Source: a candidate division Kazan bacterium
GTDB taxonomy: Bacteria > Patescibacteriota > Kazan-3B-28
Reading direction: 5' to 3'
Assembly (NCBI GenBank): GCA_003647645.1
Contig: QMNG01000002.1
Location: 1,151 to 65,150, forward strand
DNA: 64,000 bases
The number at the start of each line of letters is the position of its first letter. The stretch's first letter is position 1. Below the pieces are notes generated by a model. It searched no databases. It saw only the letters and a list, made by a program, of their open reading frames with translations, and had not been told where the DNA came from. Made by a program: the position numbers and the translations under genes. Shown one piece after another: positions 18,053 to 28,595 of the stretch.

Positions 18053-18882
18053 TGGACAGATTGGTGATTACTGATGCAATGTGGACGGGATGGATGGGCA
18101 AACTTTTGTATGTTCCATTATTAAATGTGTTGGTTTTGTTGTATGTCTATATTCCCGGTAGCGATCTGGGTATAGCGATTGTTGTATTGACCATTTTAAT
18201 CCGCCTTGTGCTTTATCCCTCTTACAAGACCAGTATTAAATCCCAGCGGGATATTCAAAAGATTCAACCTTACATTGAAAAGATTAAAGAACAATACAAG
18301 GACGACAAAAAAAAGCAGTCCGAGGAGGTGATGAGGGTTTATAAAGAACACAATGTAAATCTATTTGCAAGTTGCCTGCCTCTCATTATTCAGTTGCCTA
18401 TTATTTTTGCCCTCTATCGCGTATTCTTTGCGGGTCTTACCACAGAAAGCCTGGCGCATTTGTATAGCTGGTTTCCCAACGCCCCCATTGAATTACACAC
18501 CACCTTCTTAGCGTTTACCAATTGGCAGCCAGCGATGATTGATTTAACAGAGCGAAGTATCTTTTTGGCTATTTTTGCCGGTTTGTCTCAATTTTTTCAA
18601 AGCTGGATAACCAACCGTTATCAAAAAAAGGCCAGGGCGGCAAACTCTGATAATTCAGTTTTTTCCAAAATGATGGGAGGCCCTATGATGCTATACATAT
18701 TTCCAGTTATCACACTAGTGATTGCTTGGACATTACCTGCAGCTTTAGGGCTTTATTGGGCGACCACTACCCTGACCATGGCTGTTCAACAGATAATTAT
18801 TTATCATAGTCTTGCCAAACAAGAGCAAAAAGTTATAGAGGCAACACAAAGAGCTGAAGATGAACCAGAAAATCAAAACTAG
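18052..18882 (+). CDS. yidC: Membrane insertase YidC/Oxa1 family (short Gram-positive type)
   Basis: Five-TM core, ILIRLVLYPS, coiled KIQPYIEKIKEQYKDDKKKQ loop, NLFASCLPLIIQLPIIFALY. Confidence 0.88.
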   Translation: MDRLVITDAMWTGWMGKLLYVPLLNVLVLLYVYIPGSDLGIAIVVLTILIRLVLYPSYKTSIKSQRDIQKIQPYIEKIKEQYKDDKKKQSEEVMRVYKEHNVNLFASCLPLIIQLPIIFALYRVFFAGLTTESLAHLYSWFPNAPIELHTTFLAFTNWQPAMIDLTERSIFLAIFAGLSQFFQSWITNRYQKKARAANSDNSVFSKMMGGPMMLYIFPVITLVIAWTLPAALGLYWATTTLTMAVQQIIIYHSLAKQEQKVIEATQRAEDEPENQN

Positions 18883-19321
18883 CATTGAAAAGCATCTGAA
18901 AGAAATATTTAGTTTTTTTGATCTTGCCCCCAGAATTGTTACTGCTCTGGATGATAAAACCATTGTGGTGGATGTGACGACCGAGCGAGATGATTTGTTT
19001 ATCAGCCACCATGCCGATCCCCTGCTTGCCCTGCAGCATCTATTGCGGTTAATTTTAAGGCGTAATTTCCCTGACGATGCAATTAATTTATCTCTGAATA
19101 TCGGAGGATTTCATCAACAGCAACGTAGTCGCTTGGCTAGTATTGCCCACAATGCTGCTAACCAAGTAAGAGAAACTGGCACTGCTGTGTATATGAAACC
19201 TATGTCTTCTTTTGAGCGTCGGTTGATTCATCTTTCTCTCGTAGAGGAAGAAGGCGTTAAAAGCGAAAGTACCGGTATAGGGGCTGGTCGACGGGTAGTA
19301 GTAAAACCAGACAAATCATAA
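18860..19321 (+). CDS. jag: Jag/KhpB-like RNA-binding protein (KH + R3H)
   Basis: R3H motif (MSSFERRLIHLSL) downstream of yidC; 23-nt overlap with yidC. Confidence 0.8.
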   Translation: MNQKIKTSIEKHLKEIFSFFDLAPRIVTALDDKTIVVDVTTERDDLFISHHADPLLALQHLLRLILRRNFPDDAINLSLNIGGFHQQQRSRLASIAHNAANQVRETGTAVYMKPMSSFERRLIHLSLVEEEGVKSESTGIGAGRRVVVKPDKS

Positions 19322-19407
19322 AGCTCTGTTTTTCCTGGCAGTTTTAGTCGTGCAACTGACATTTAATGGGGGGTTGGAGATAATTTGGGATTAAGGATTT
19401 CAAAAGG

Positions 19408-19998
19408 ATGCGTACTTGGAATGAATACTATGATAAATTCACCATTGAAGATTTGCTTGGCAATCTATATGGTCAAAAAGAATTTGTCAATGAATTAGCT
19501 GGTCTTTCCTCCACATCAAAAGTTTTGGAGGTAGGCACCGGTAGCGGTACTTTTTCTATTTTTTTATCCTGGCTAGGTTTTTCTGTAACGAGTATAGACC
19601 TAGATCCCAAAGTAATTGAACAAGCCAGAGTTAATGCCCAAAAGTTTAATGCTCAAATTAATTTTCAGATTGGGGATACATTTAAACTCCCCTTCCCGGA
19701 TAATTCTTTTGATGTAGTGTTTCATCAAGGCCTGCTGGAACATTTTAGTGATGCAGATATTGGGCGAATTTTGGATGAGCAGCTGAGGGTGGCCAAACGG
19801 GTTATATTTTCGGTACCCAATAGTTTGTATCCCCGACGGGACTTTGGCAATGAGCGGCTAATGGATAAGTCGGCTTGGGAAAACATTTTAGACAAATATA
19901 AAATTATCAAAAGCCAAAATTATTCTCCCAAACGATTTCCCAAGCCATTTATTTTCCGGGGAAATATTCAATATATGGCAGTAATTGAGAAAAAGTAG
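19408..19998 (+). CDS. Class I SAM-dependent methyltransferase
   Basis: Motif I VLEVGTGSGTFS, with an acidic post-I residue and a motif II region (FDVVFHQGLLEH). Confidence 0.8.
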   Translation: MRTWNEYYDKFTIEDLLGNLYGQKEFVNELAGLSSTSKVLEVGTGSGTFSIFLSWLGFSVTSIDLDPKVIEQARVNAQKFNAQINFQIGDTFKLPFPDNSFDVVFHQGLLEHFSDADIGRILDEQLRVAKRVIFSVPNSLYPRRDFGNERLMDKSAWENILDKYKIIKSQNYSPKRFPKPFIFRGNIQYMAVIEKK

Positions 19999-20082
19999 TT
20001 TCAACCTTCTAAAATTCTTGGAAGTTTTTCTGAGCCGGTTATATTTAACGAAAATAAAGTATTATTTTCTAGGTTTTCCCCC

Positions 20083-21498
20083 ATGAGCGCTACCAAAAAA
20101 GTCGCCTACAATACAATAGTCCAAATTATAGGCAGGGGTATTATTACAGTTATATCGCTGGCAATCTTATGGTATTTGGCCCGCTACTTGGGCGTAGAGG
20201 GGTACGGTCAGTACGCGCTTATTTTTGCGTATTTATCTTTGTTTGGAGTATTGGTCGATTTTGGGTTGTTTTTAATGCAGGTTAGAGCAGTTACCAAGCA
20301 GCCTGAAAGAGAGAGCTATATTCTGGGTAACGTCTTGGGTCTTAAGCTGGCCTTGAGCGTAGTAGTTTTTGCGGCGGCTGTTGGATTTTCCTACATTCTC
20401 TATGACGATCCTCTGCTAACGACGGGGGTTCTGATTGGAACCATATCCCAAGCCGCACTTACTTTAGCGCTAGTACCAACGAGCTTGTTCCAAGCCCGAC
20501 TCCAAATGCAAAAAGTTACAGTTGTTAACATAGCCACCAGAATTTTATATTTTGGCTTGATAATTTGGGGCATTGGGGCAGATATTGGCCTGCTGGGAAT
20601 CATAGGTGTTGTAGCTCTATCCAATCTTCTGAATTTTGTTGTCCAGTGGATATGGGCGTCGAGCTTGTCTCCTTTAATTCCATTATTTGATCTTAAATAC
20701 TGGGTTTCCTTTGTACGAGAGGCCTTGCCGGTGGGGGTCGTGATTATCTTGGGAGTTATTTATTTTCGGATAGATATGATAATGCTGGGGGCTATGCAAA
20801 GCGATTATGCGATCGGCATTTATAGCGCGCCTTATAAAGTGGTGGAAGTGATTTTGACAATTCCCACTATTTTTATGAGCTCAGTGTTTCCTGTGATTAC
20901 CCAAGCGCTGGCTGAGGGCACGGACAGGGCCCGAAGGATATATAGAAAAGCTTTTGATTTTATGGGTCTGGCGGTTCTGCCTCTGGCATTTGGGGCGCTG
21001 ATGATAGGTACGCCTTTAATGGTGCTGGTAGCTGGCGCCGATTTTGCGCCATCAGGTTCTGTTTTAAAACTTTTGATTTGGGCGGTTGTTTTCTCATTTT
21101 TAATCGCTACCTTTAACTACAGTATTATTGCCGCGGACAAACAGAGGGCATTGATGTGGCCATACTTCGCGGCTACTATATTCAACGTAGTTGCCAATTT
21201 TATTGTCATTCCCCTTTATTCTTATATCGGTGCTGCCGTTACTACTATTGCTACTGAATTAATTGTCTTAATCTGGGTGGGAATCATTGCCTACAAAACA
21301 TTACGATTAGTACCTTCGTTCACAGTCTTGGGGAAATCCTTACTGGCTGCCGTTGTAATGGCGGGAGTGATTCAACTTATGGGTACAGACAGTGTTTTTG
21401 TAAATTTGGGTGTGGGGATAATAACTTACGGAGCAATGATTTTACTTTTGCGGACTGTAGACAAAAATATTTTTAAAGAGATTTTTGGCAAAGTATGA
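20083..21498 (+). CDS. Polysaccharide/oligosaccharide flippase (MOP/Wzx family)
   Basis: 471 aa, about 12-14 TM. N-terminal KKVAYNTIVQIIGRGI is typical of polysaccharide biosynthesis (Wzx-like) proteins. Confidence 0.8.
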   Translation: MSATKKVAYNTIVQIIGRGIITVISLAILWYLARYLGVEGYGQYALIFAYLSLFGVLVDFGLFLMQVRAVTKQPERESYILGNVLGLKLALSVVVFAAAVGFSYILYDDPLLTTGVLIGTISQAALTLALVPTSLFQARLQMQKVTVVNIATRILYFGLIIWGIGADIGLLGIIGVVALSNLLNFVVQWIWASSLSPLIPLFDLKYWVSFVREALPVGVVIILGVIYFRIDMIMLGAMQSDYAIGIYSAPYKVVEVILTIPTIFMSSVFPVITQALAEGTDRARRIYRKAFDFMGLAVLPLAFGALMIGTPLMVLVAGADFAPSGSVLKLLIWAVVFSFLIATFNYSIIAADKQRALMWPYFAATIFNVVANFIVIPLYSYIGAAVTTIATELIVLIWVGIIAYKTLRLVPSFTVLGKSLLAAVVMAGVIQLMGTDSVFVNLGVGIITYGAMILLLRTVDKNIFKEIFGKV

Positions 21499-22592
21499 AA
21501 ATAGCCGTGGACTTCCGCGAGGCAGTTAAGCCGAGCCGTGCTGGCAAGGGAGAATATGTTTATGAATTAATTAAGGCCTGGCTGCAGGTTATTGATAAGG
21601 ATGTTGAGTTGATATTATTGACTGGTGCCGGACAGAAAATTAACTTGCCTAAAGGCCGTTGGCGGCAAAAATCTTTTAGCCGGGGTTGGTTGTGGCACAA
21701 ACTGGTCTGGCTGTGGTTGGAATTTGCACGGCCGGTAGATTTTTATTTTGCTACTACCAGTTTTATTGTGCCCGCATTTTTGCGAAGTACCCCCGTAATA
21801 ACCACCATCTTTGATTTTACGGTTTGGCGGCACCTCTACAGCAAAACCAAAGTCAATTTATTAGAAAAAATATTAGCGGGTCCGGCTATGAGATTTTCGA
21901 GACACCTAATCGCCATATCAGAATTTACAAAGCAAGAAGCTGTCAAACTATTCAAAATCGCGCCCTCCAAAATTGATGTTATTTATCTGGGGGCGGGCAG
22001 TCAGTATAGGCCTTTTAAACTCTCTGAGGAACAAAAGCGCTCCCTGCATAGAAAATATAATTTGCCTTCTAGATTTATTCTCTATCTTGGAACGCTGGAA
22101 CCGCGAAAAAATATTTTAAATATTATCCGGGCATTTCAACAAGTTAAACCAGAAATTAAGAATACTAAATTAGTTCTGGCTGGCAGTTGGGGTTGGCAGG
22201 CCAATGAGATTAAACAGGCAATTAAAACCCACGAGGTTATTCACATCGGATATGTGGAATATTCTGACAAGCCAGCAATATATAATCTGGCCTCGGTCTT
22301 CGTGTTTCCCTCTTATTACGAGGGTTTTGGTCTCCCCCCCTTGGAAGCTATGGCCTGCGGTATTCCCACAATCGTCAGCGATGCAGCTTCCCTTCCAGAA
22401 ATAGTGGAGGACGCAGCCATTGTAGTTGCTCCCAACGATGCTGAAGGGATGGCCAGACAAATAAAAGAAATTTTGAGTAATACAATTTTTAGCCGTCGAC
22501 TTCATGCCAAGGGCATAGAACGAGCCAAACAATTTAATTGGAAAGATACAGCCCAACAAACACAGGCAGTATTTAAAAAGCAATCTTGGTAG
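21495..22592 (+). CDS. Glycosyltransferase family 4 (GT-B)
   Basis: C-terminal EX7E region: FVFPSYYEGFGLPPLEAMACGIPTIVSD. Confidence 0.85.
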   Translation: MKIAVDFREAVKPSRAGKGEYVYELIKAWLQVIDKDVELILLTGAGQKINLPKGRWRQKSFSRGWLWHKLVWLWLEFARPVDFYFATTSFIVPAFLRSTPVITTIFDFTVWRHLYSKTKVNLLEKILAGPAMRFSRHLIAISEFTKQEAVKLFKIAPSKIDVIYLGAGSQYRPFKLSEEQKRSLHRKYNLPSRFILYLGTLEPRKNILNIIRAFQQVKPEIKNTKLVLAGSWGWQANEIKQAIKTHEVIHIGYVEYSDKPAIYNLASVFVFPSYYEGFGLPPLEAMACGIPTIVSDAASLPEIVEDAAIVVAPNDAEGMARQIKEILSNTIFSRRLHAKGIERAKQFNWKDTAQQTQAVFKKQSW

Positions 22593-22601
22593 AATAGGTT
22601 C

Positions 22602-23780
22602 ATGGATAAGCTTTTGTTTTGGATAATTTTTACCGGGATTATAGTCGGCCAGCTTGTGCAGATCTCTTTTGGGGGAAGAGACGCTCCGGTTTTAGATTTA
22701 GCGGTGGTAATTGCAGTTGTAATCGGGGGTTACCATCTTCTGAATTCCGGCAAGTATCGAGGCATGCTCAAGTTACCAGTATTTCGGGCCTTTTGGGTAC
22801 TTGTTGGTGTATTTTTGATTTCTCTAGCGGCTAATTTAACTAATTTTTCAATTAGTGAGCTGGCTTTATCGTTTCTATTTTGGCTTCGGTTTGTAGCATA
22901 TGGCTCATTGATATTTATTTTTTATCGTATTGTTGATAAAAATAGTCTGAACAAATTCAGACAGTGGTTAATCTGGTTATTTGTCGTAATTGCCGTACTG
23001 GGATTTGTACAACTGGGAATTTTCCCCAGTTTAGAGATTGGAGAATATTTGGGTTGGGATCCACATCGGGGCCGGTTGTTCTCTACCTTTTTAGACCCCA
23101 ATTTTGTTGGTGTATTTCTAAGTCTGGGATTAGGTTGGGTGCTTATTTTTTCCCCCCGAACCAAGAAGGGGGGGACATATCTGGGATATCTGTTGGCTGT
23201 TGTTCTGGTTGGTTCCGCAATTTTATTTACCTTTTCCAGAAGTGCTTTTTTGGCGGCAATAATCATCGTTGCAATTATTACTTTACTTCGAAGACAACAA
23301 TTCTTTTGGATATTTCTTGGTATTTTGATAGTTGCTTTAGCTGTTTCTCCCCGAGTTCAAGAACGTGTGGCAGGGGTCTTTGCATTGGATGACACAGCCA
23401 TCCATCGAATTGTATCTTGGCAAGAGGGACTCAAAACAGTGGCAGAGCACCCCTGGCTTGGCGTTGGTTACAATACGTTGCCGTTCCGCGAGGATACCCC
23501 TGCCCAGGGTCGGTCTGACAGTGGCTTTGACAGTAGCTTGTTAACGGTTGCGGCCACGACTGGTCTTTTGGGTCTTTTATCTTTTTTGTGGTTCGTAATT
23601 ACAGCGTTGAAAACAACCTGGAGAGGAATATCTAAGCCCCAGTTAACTTTTAACTTCTGGTTTATAACAGCTACTGGGGGATTGTTGGTTGGCTCTCTGT
23701 TTCTTAACGCTTGGTTTTATCCCCCAATTTTGGCCTTATGGTTTATAATGCTCGGTTTAAGCTTAAAAGAGAATGATTAG
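22602..23780 (+). CDS. O-antigen ligase/polymerase family (Wzy_C-like) membrane protein
   Basis: About 10-12 TM. FTFSRSAFLAAIIIVAI block followed by a large loop (HRIVSWQEGLK...HPWLGVGYN). Confidence 0.68.
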   Translation: MDKLLFWIIFTGIIVGQLVQISFGGRDAPVLDLAVVIAVVIGGYHLLNSGKYRGMLKLPVFRAFWVLVGVFLISLAANLTNFSISELALSFLFWLRFVAYGSLIFIFYRIVDKNSLNKFRQWLIWLFVVIAVLGFVQLGIFPSLEIGEYLGWDPHRGRLFSTFLDPNFVGVFLSLGLGWVLIFSPRTKKGGTYLGYLLAVVLVGSAILFTFSRSAFLAAIIIVAIITLLRRQQFFWIFLGILIVALAVSPRVQERVAGVFALDDTAIHRIVSWQEGLKTVAEHPWLGVGYNTLPFREDTPAQGRSDSGFDSSLLTVAATTGLLGLLSFLWFVITALKTTWRGISKPQLTFNFWFITATGGLLVGSLFLNAWFYPPILALWFIMLGLSLKEND

Positions 23781-25050
23781 CGGATTAATAGTATTAGTGA
23801 TTCTTGCCTTTGTGGCTTTGGCGTGGTGGAGACCGCCGATTGGTCTATGGTTGATTTTTTTGCTGTTACCAACATATTTAGTTCGGTTTGATGTCGTATC
23901 TGTCCCCACTACTCTGCTGGAGGTTTTGATATATCTGTTGGCAGTAATCTTTATTATTAAAAATCGTAGAAAATTTTTGGGTTTAATTGGGAGAGCACTC
24001 CAACCTATTTGGCTGCCGCTAGTTTTTTTGTTTCTCGGTTTGACTATAGGTGTGATTGTAACCCCTGATTTGCGTTTGGCGCTTGGGATTTTGAAAGGTT
24101 GGTTTATTGATCCGGTTATTCTATACATTTTGGTAGTCAATTTAATTGATTGGCACAAAATCCGACATTTTATCTTTGCCCTGGTGCTCTCGATTCTGCC
24201 TATTGGAGCAATGGCATTGTGGCAGGTAGCAACCAATAATTTTATTACAGTTGACGGTCGGGCAAGCGCCTGGTTTGTGTCAGGCAATTATCTGTCAATG
24301 TATTTAGTACCGGTTATGTTGCTGGGTTTAATTTTGGTGGCGGACAAGTACAGGCCCTACAAGTGGGCAACCGGTGCAATTTTGGTTGTTAGTTTGGTCG
24401 CTCTCTTTTTTTCCTATTCATATGGCGGCTGGCTGGCACTGACTGCGGGCTTGATTGTGTTAGGCATTTTGCGCTCGATCAAAAGCTGGAAGTTATGGAT
24501 AGGGGGGGCAATAGTTTTGGCGGTTGCTGTCTTCACTCAATTTGGAAACGAGAAGTTTATGCGGATACTAGATCTGGGCGAAAAATCATCCTTTAGCGTA
24601 CGTCTTCAGGTTTGGCAGACCAGTCTTTTAATGGTTAAAGAGAACTGGCTGACCGGTATCGGTCTAGGCCAGTTCCGTGATCGATATTTGGACTTTGCCA
24701 GCCGTCTTTTTTCTCCTCCGTTGGAATTGGCTATTCTTCATGCCCATAACCTCTATCTCCAGTTTTGGATAAACACCGGGTTGATAGGGTTAGTTGGATT
24801 AGTGTGGTTGATAATTAAATTTTTTGCTTGGTTAAAAAGCAATATCAGTCTTCAAAGTGCAATCCTGGCTTCTGCTATGGTGTCAATTTTAGCCCACGGT
24901 CTGTTAGATACCACCTATTGGAAAAATGATTTGTCTGCCCTTTTTTGGATAATCATTGCTTTGGCCTTTTTGCAACACCAAGAATTATCCGGTAATTTAG
25001 ACAATTTTTTCAAAAGTAAATTCTGCAAGGTTTCGTCTGAAGAAAAATAA
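23773..25050 (+). CDS. O-antigen ligase/polymerase family (Wzy_C-like) membrane protein, paralogue
   Basis: Polytopic. FFSYSYGGWLALTAG, RLQVWQTSL...NWLTGIGLGQF, HAHNLYLQFWINTGLIGL. 8-nt overlap with the upstream paralogue. Confidence 0.72.
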   Translation: MISGLIVLVILAFVALAWWRPPIGLWLIFLLLPTYLVRFDVVSVPTTLLEVLIYLLAVIFIIKNRRKFLGLIGRALQPIWLPLVFLFLGLTIGVIVTPDLRLALGILKGWFIDPVILYILVVNLIDWHKIRHFIFALVLSILPIGAMALWQVATNNFITVDGRASAWFVSGNYLSMYLVPVMLLGLILVADKYRPYKWATGAILVVSLVALFFSYSYGGWLALTAGLIVLGILRSIKSWKLWIGGAIVLAVAVFTQFGNEKFMRILDLGEKSSFSVRLQVWQTSLLMVKENWLTGIGLGQFRDRYLDFASRLFSPPLELAILHAHNLYLQFWINTGLIGLVGLVWLIIKFFAWLKSNISLQSAILASAMVSILAHGLLDTTYWKNDLSALFWIIIALAFLQHQELSGNLDNFFKSKFCKVSSEEK

Positions 25051-25126
25051 CTATCATGATTTATAAAAAGCAATATTCATACAACTAATATAGAAGTGGA
25101 AGCTTTGAGTTTTCTCTTTCGAGCAA

Positions 25127-26281
25127 ATGAATAAAAGTTCGTATCGCATAGGAATTGATGCCAGGCTTTTTGGGACCAGGCAGGCAGCGGGGATTGGCAT
25201 TTGGGTCGAAGAATTAATTGGCCATCTTCTTAAGCTGGATAAAGTGAATCAGTATATTGCCATTATGTTGCCCGAGACAGCTGAGTTTTTTCCGTTCTAT
25301 GCCAATAATCTCAAAAAACAAATTGTTCGATTTCCCCACTATACGTATAGTGAACAGTTTTTATATCCCCGAATCCTAAAAAAAATGAAGTTGGATTTAA
25401 TTCACTATACCAACTTTAATACCCCTATATTTTTTAAAGGTACAAAAAGTATTGTGAGCATTTATGATCTGACTTTGTGGTTTTACCCCGGTCGGAAACA
25501 ACGCAGTTGGTTTAGACGTATGATCTACCGTTATGTTATGAAAAAGTCATGTGAAAATGCCTCGCGAATTATTGCTATTTCTAACAAGACCAAACAAGAT
25601 ATTATTAAATTCATCAATATAGACCCCAGCAAAATAGATGTGGTCTATGCAGCTGCCCCCAAGCGCCGTAAAGTAGCAATTGATGCCCGCAGGGCCGATC
25701 AAATATTTTCTAAGCATAATATCTCCCGTCCTTTCTTTTTGTATGTGGGGCAGTGGCGTCAGCACAAGAATCTGGTTCGGTTAATTCGGGCCTTCGCATT
25801 ATTAAAGCGCCAATATAATCTTGATTACCAGCTTGTATTAGTGGGGCAAGTAGACGAGTATGCTTCGGAAATCCCTCGGGTCATCAAACAACTTGGACTC
25901 CAAGACAGCGTTATTACCACCGGCTATATTTCAGACAATAATCTTTCGATATTTTATGATAGAGCGGAAATTTTCGTGTTTCCTTCTCTGTATGAGGGAT
26001 TTGGTATCCCTCCCTTAGAAGCCATGTCAGCTGGAACCCCTGTAATCTCTTCTAATGCTTCTGTGATGCCGGAAGTGTTAGGCGATGCAGCTGTGTACTT
26101 TGATCCGACTAATATTAAAGATATGGCCGATACGATGTATAAAGTTGCATCTAGTTTTACTATTAAAAAACAACTTAAAGACAAGGGTTTTAAACAAATA
26201 AAAAAATATTCCTATACTAAAATGGCTAGAGAAATTCTGGCTATTTATAAGAAAGTTTTAGCAGAGCCGTCTAATACTTAG
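25127..26281 (+). CDS. Glycosyltransferase family 4 (GT-B)
   Basis: FVFPSLYEGFGIPPLEAMSAGTPVISSN. Paralogous to 21495-22592. Confidence 0.85.
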   Translation: MNKSSYRIGIDARLFGTRQAAGIGIWVEELIGHLLKLDKVNQYIAIMLPETAEFFPFYANNLKKQIVRFPHYTYSEQFLYPRILKKMKLDLIHYTNFNTPIFFKGTKSIVSIYDLTLWFYPGRKQRSWFRRMIYRYVMKKSCENASRIIAISNKTKQDIIKFINIDPSKIDVVYAAAPKRRKVAIDARRADQIFSKHNISRPFFLYVGQWRQHKNLVRLIRAFALLKRQYNLDYQLVLVGQVDEYASEIPRVIKQLGLQDSVITTGYISDNNLSIFYDRAEIFVFPSLYEGFGIPPLEAMSAGTPVISSNASVMPEVLGDAAVYFDPTNIKDMADTMYKVASSFTIKKQLKDKGFKQIKKYSYTKMAREILAIYKKVLAEPSNT

Positions 26282-26350
26282 TACAATAAAAACTGTGAAA
26301 CTCTAGTATAATAGCTTGTTATATAAAAATATTACTTAACAGCTGAACCT

Positions 26351-28357
26351 ATGGATTTAATCACTTCAAGCCTACTGTTTGCCACCATTGCCGGTGTTGT
26401 AGCTATTATATTTGCATTTGTTCTAGTCGTTTGGGTATTGTCCCGGCCAACAGGTAATGACAAAACAAGGGAAATCGCCCAGGCCATTCAAGAAGGAGCA
26501 GCCGCCTACATGAAACGGCAGTATTCGACCATTGCTGTTGTGGCAGTTGTTTTGGCTGTTGTTTTATATTTTTTGATGGGGCCAATAACAGCCGTTGGAT
26601 TTTTGGTAGGTGCTATTTTATCCGGTTTAGCTGGTTTTATTGGTATGTATGTTTCTGTCCGGGCTAATGTCAGGACTGCGGTTGCAGCTGAGAGAGGGCT
26701 TGCCCCGGCCTTTGATTTAGCATTCAAAGGCGGGACGATTACGGGTTTGTTCGTGGTTGGGTTGGGGTTGCTGGGTGTAGTTGTCTTTTATTGGCTGACT
26801 CGTGATGTTACCGCTCTAATTGGCTTAGGATTTGGAGGAAGCTTGATCTCTATTTTTGCGCGTTTAGGCGGAGGAATATTTACAAAAGGTGCAGATGTAG
26901 GTGCTGATCTGGTCGGTAAAATCGAAGCCGGCATTCCTGAGGATGATCCCAGAAACCCTGCTGTTATTGCTGATAACGTGGGCGACAATGTCGGCGATTG
27001 TGCGGGTATGGCCGCCGATTTGTTTGAAACCTATGCGGTTACCGCCGTTGCAGTTATGCTGTTGGCTACCCTGCTGTTTGCCGGCAGCCAGGAGCTGATA
27101 GTTTATCCTCTGGTTATTGGAGGCATCTCAATTATTTCAACTATCGTTGCTACATTTTTTGTGCGTTTGGGTAAAAGTAAAAACATTATGGGGGCTTTGT
27201 ATAAAGGTCTGATAGCCAGTGGTATTCTTTCGGCGGCTGGATTCTATTTTGTAACTAAATATCTTTTGGCCGATATTGCTGGACTGAACTATCTTAATGT
27301 CTTTTATGCCACCTTAGTGGGACTGGGTGTTACAGCTCTGCTTATTGTTATTACGGAGTACTATACCTCTACGCGATACAATCCAGTTCAGTCCATTGCT
27401 CAAGCTTCAGAAACGGGACACGGTACAAATGTTATCTCGGGGTTGGCAGTGGGAATGAAGTCTACTGCACTGCCGGTTTTGGTAATAGTGGCGGCTATTT
27501 GGGGTTCGTTCGCGCTGGCTGGTTTGTTGGGTGTGGCTATGGCGGCGATGAGTATGCTTTCAATGGTCGGTATCATCGTGGCTCTGGACGCCTATGGTCC
27601 GATTACCGATAACGCGGGGGGTATTGCTGAAATGTCGGGGGCCGACGAAAAAGTGCGCCGGATCACTGACCCCCTCGATGCGGTTGGCAACACCACTAAA
27701 GCGGTCACCAAGGGTTATGCGATTGGTTCCGCGGCGCTGGCGGCTATCGTTTTGTTTACAGCTTTTGCCGAGGACTTAGCCAGAATTACGGGAGAAGCCA
27801 CGGAATTTTTGTTGGGCGACCCTTTAGTATTAATTGGATTGTTTATTGGTGGTATGCTCCCCTATCTTTTTGCCTCGTTGGCCATGGAAACAGTGAGCAA
27901 AGCTGCTTCAGCCATAGTTAAAGAAGTTCGGCATCAATTCAAAACTATTGAAGGTCTAATGGAAGGCCGAGCTAAACCCAATTATGCCAAAGCTGTAGAT
28001 TTACTAACCAAAACTGCAATTCGCGAAATGGTTGTGCCTGCCTTACTACCGGTTGTGGTTCCAATTTTAGTTGGGTGGTTGTTGGGCCCCAAGGCGCTGG
28101 GAGGCTTGCTGGTGGGTGTAATTGTAACCGGTATATTTTTAGCAGTTTCAATGACAACTGGCGGTGCCGCTTGGGATAATGCCAAGAAATATATTGAGGA
28201 TGGCAAGCTTGGGGGCAAAGGTTCGAAGGCCCACGCTGCCGCTGTAACCGGAGACACAGTTGGCGACCCGTATAAGGACACCGCTGGCCCAGCCATCAAT
28301 CCTATGATTAAAATCGCTAATATCGTAGCCTTACTTATTATTGGAGTTTTATTCTAA
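26351..28357 (+). CDS. hppA: Membrane-bound ion-translocating pyrophosphatase, K+-independent signature
   Basis: 668 aa, ~16 [73 protein letters not shown]. Confidence 0.93.
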   Translation: MDLITSSLLFATIAGVVAIIFAFVLVVWVLSRPTGNDKTREIAQAIQEGAAAYMKRQYSTIAVVAVVLAVVLYFLMGPITAVGFLVGAILSGLAGFIGMYVSVRANVRTAVAAERGLAPAFDLAFKGGTITGLFVVGLGLLGVVVFYWLTRDVTALIGLGFGGSLISIFARLGGGIFTKGADVGADLVGKIEAGIPEDDPRNPAVIADNVGDNVGDCAGMAADLFETYAVTAVAVMLLATLLFAGSQELIVYPLVIGGISIISTIVATFFVRLGKSKNIMGALYKGLIASGILSAAGFYFVTKYLLADIAGLNYLNVFYATLVGLGVTALLIVITEYYTSTRYNPVQSIAQASETGHGTNVISGLAVGMKSTALPVLVIVAAIWGSFALAGLLGVAMAAMSMLSMVGIIVALDAYGPITDNAGGIAEMSGADEKVRRITDPLDAVGNTTKAVTKGYAIGSAALAAIVLFTAFAEDLARITGEATEFLLGDPLVLIGLFIGGMLPYLFASLAMETVSKAASAIVKEVRHQFKTIEGLMEGRAKPNYAKAVDLLTKTAIREMVVPALLPVVVPILVGWLLGPKALGGLLVGVIVTGIFLAVSMTTGGAAWDNAKKYIEDGKLGGKGSKAHAAAVTGDTVGDPYKDTAGPAINPMIKIANIVALLIIGVLF

Positions 28358-28373
28358 AACTATCTAGTCTCTT

Positions 28374-28595
28374 ATGGGGGCAAACAACTTATTATCGGCG
28401 GCCCTGAAAAAGGGCGATCAAGAGGATATCTTGGTATTTGAAAACGGGAGGGAACTTCCCCTAGGCCGGTCGTTACCCTATGAGAATGGCACAGAGATGC
28501 TTATTCATATAGTTCCCAAACAGAAACAGGATGTAACAGACGACAAGACCTTGGCAAAACATATTTTGCAGGAAATTCTCGATGGCGGGAGCTAA
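28374..28595 (+). CDS. Hypothetical 73-aa protein
   Basis: ORF only; 14-nt overlap with the VanW-family gene suggests coupling. No motif. Confidence 0.4.
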   Translation: MGANNLLSAALKKGDQEDILVFENGRELPLGRSLPYENGTEMLIHIVPKQKQDVTDDKTLAKHILQEILDGGS

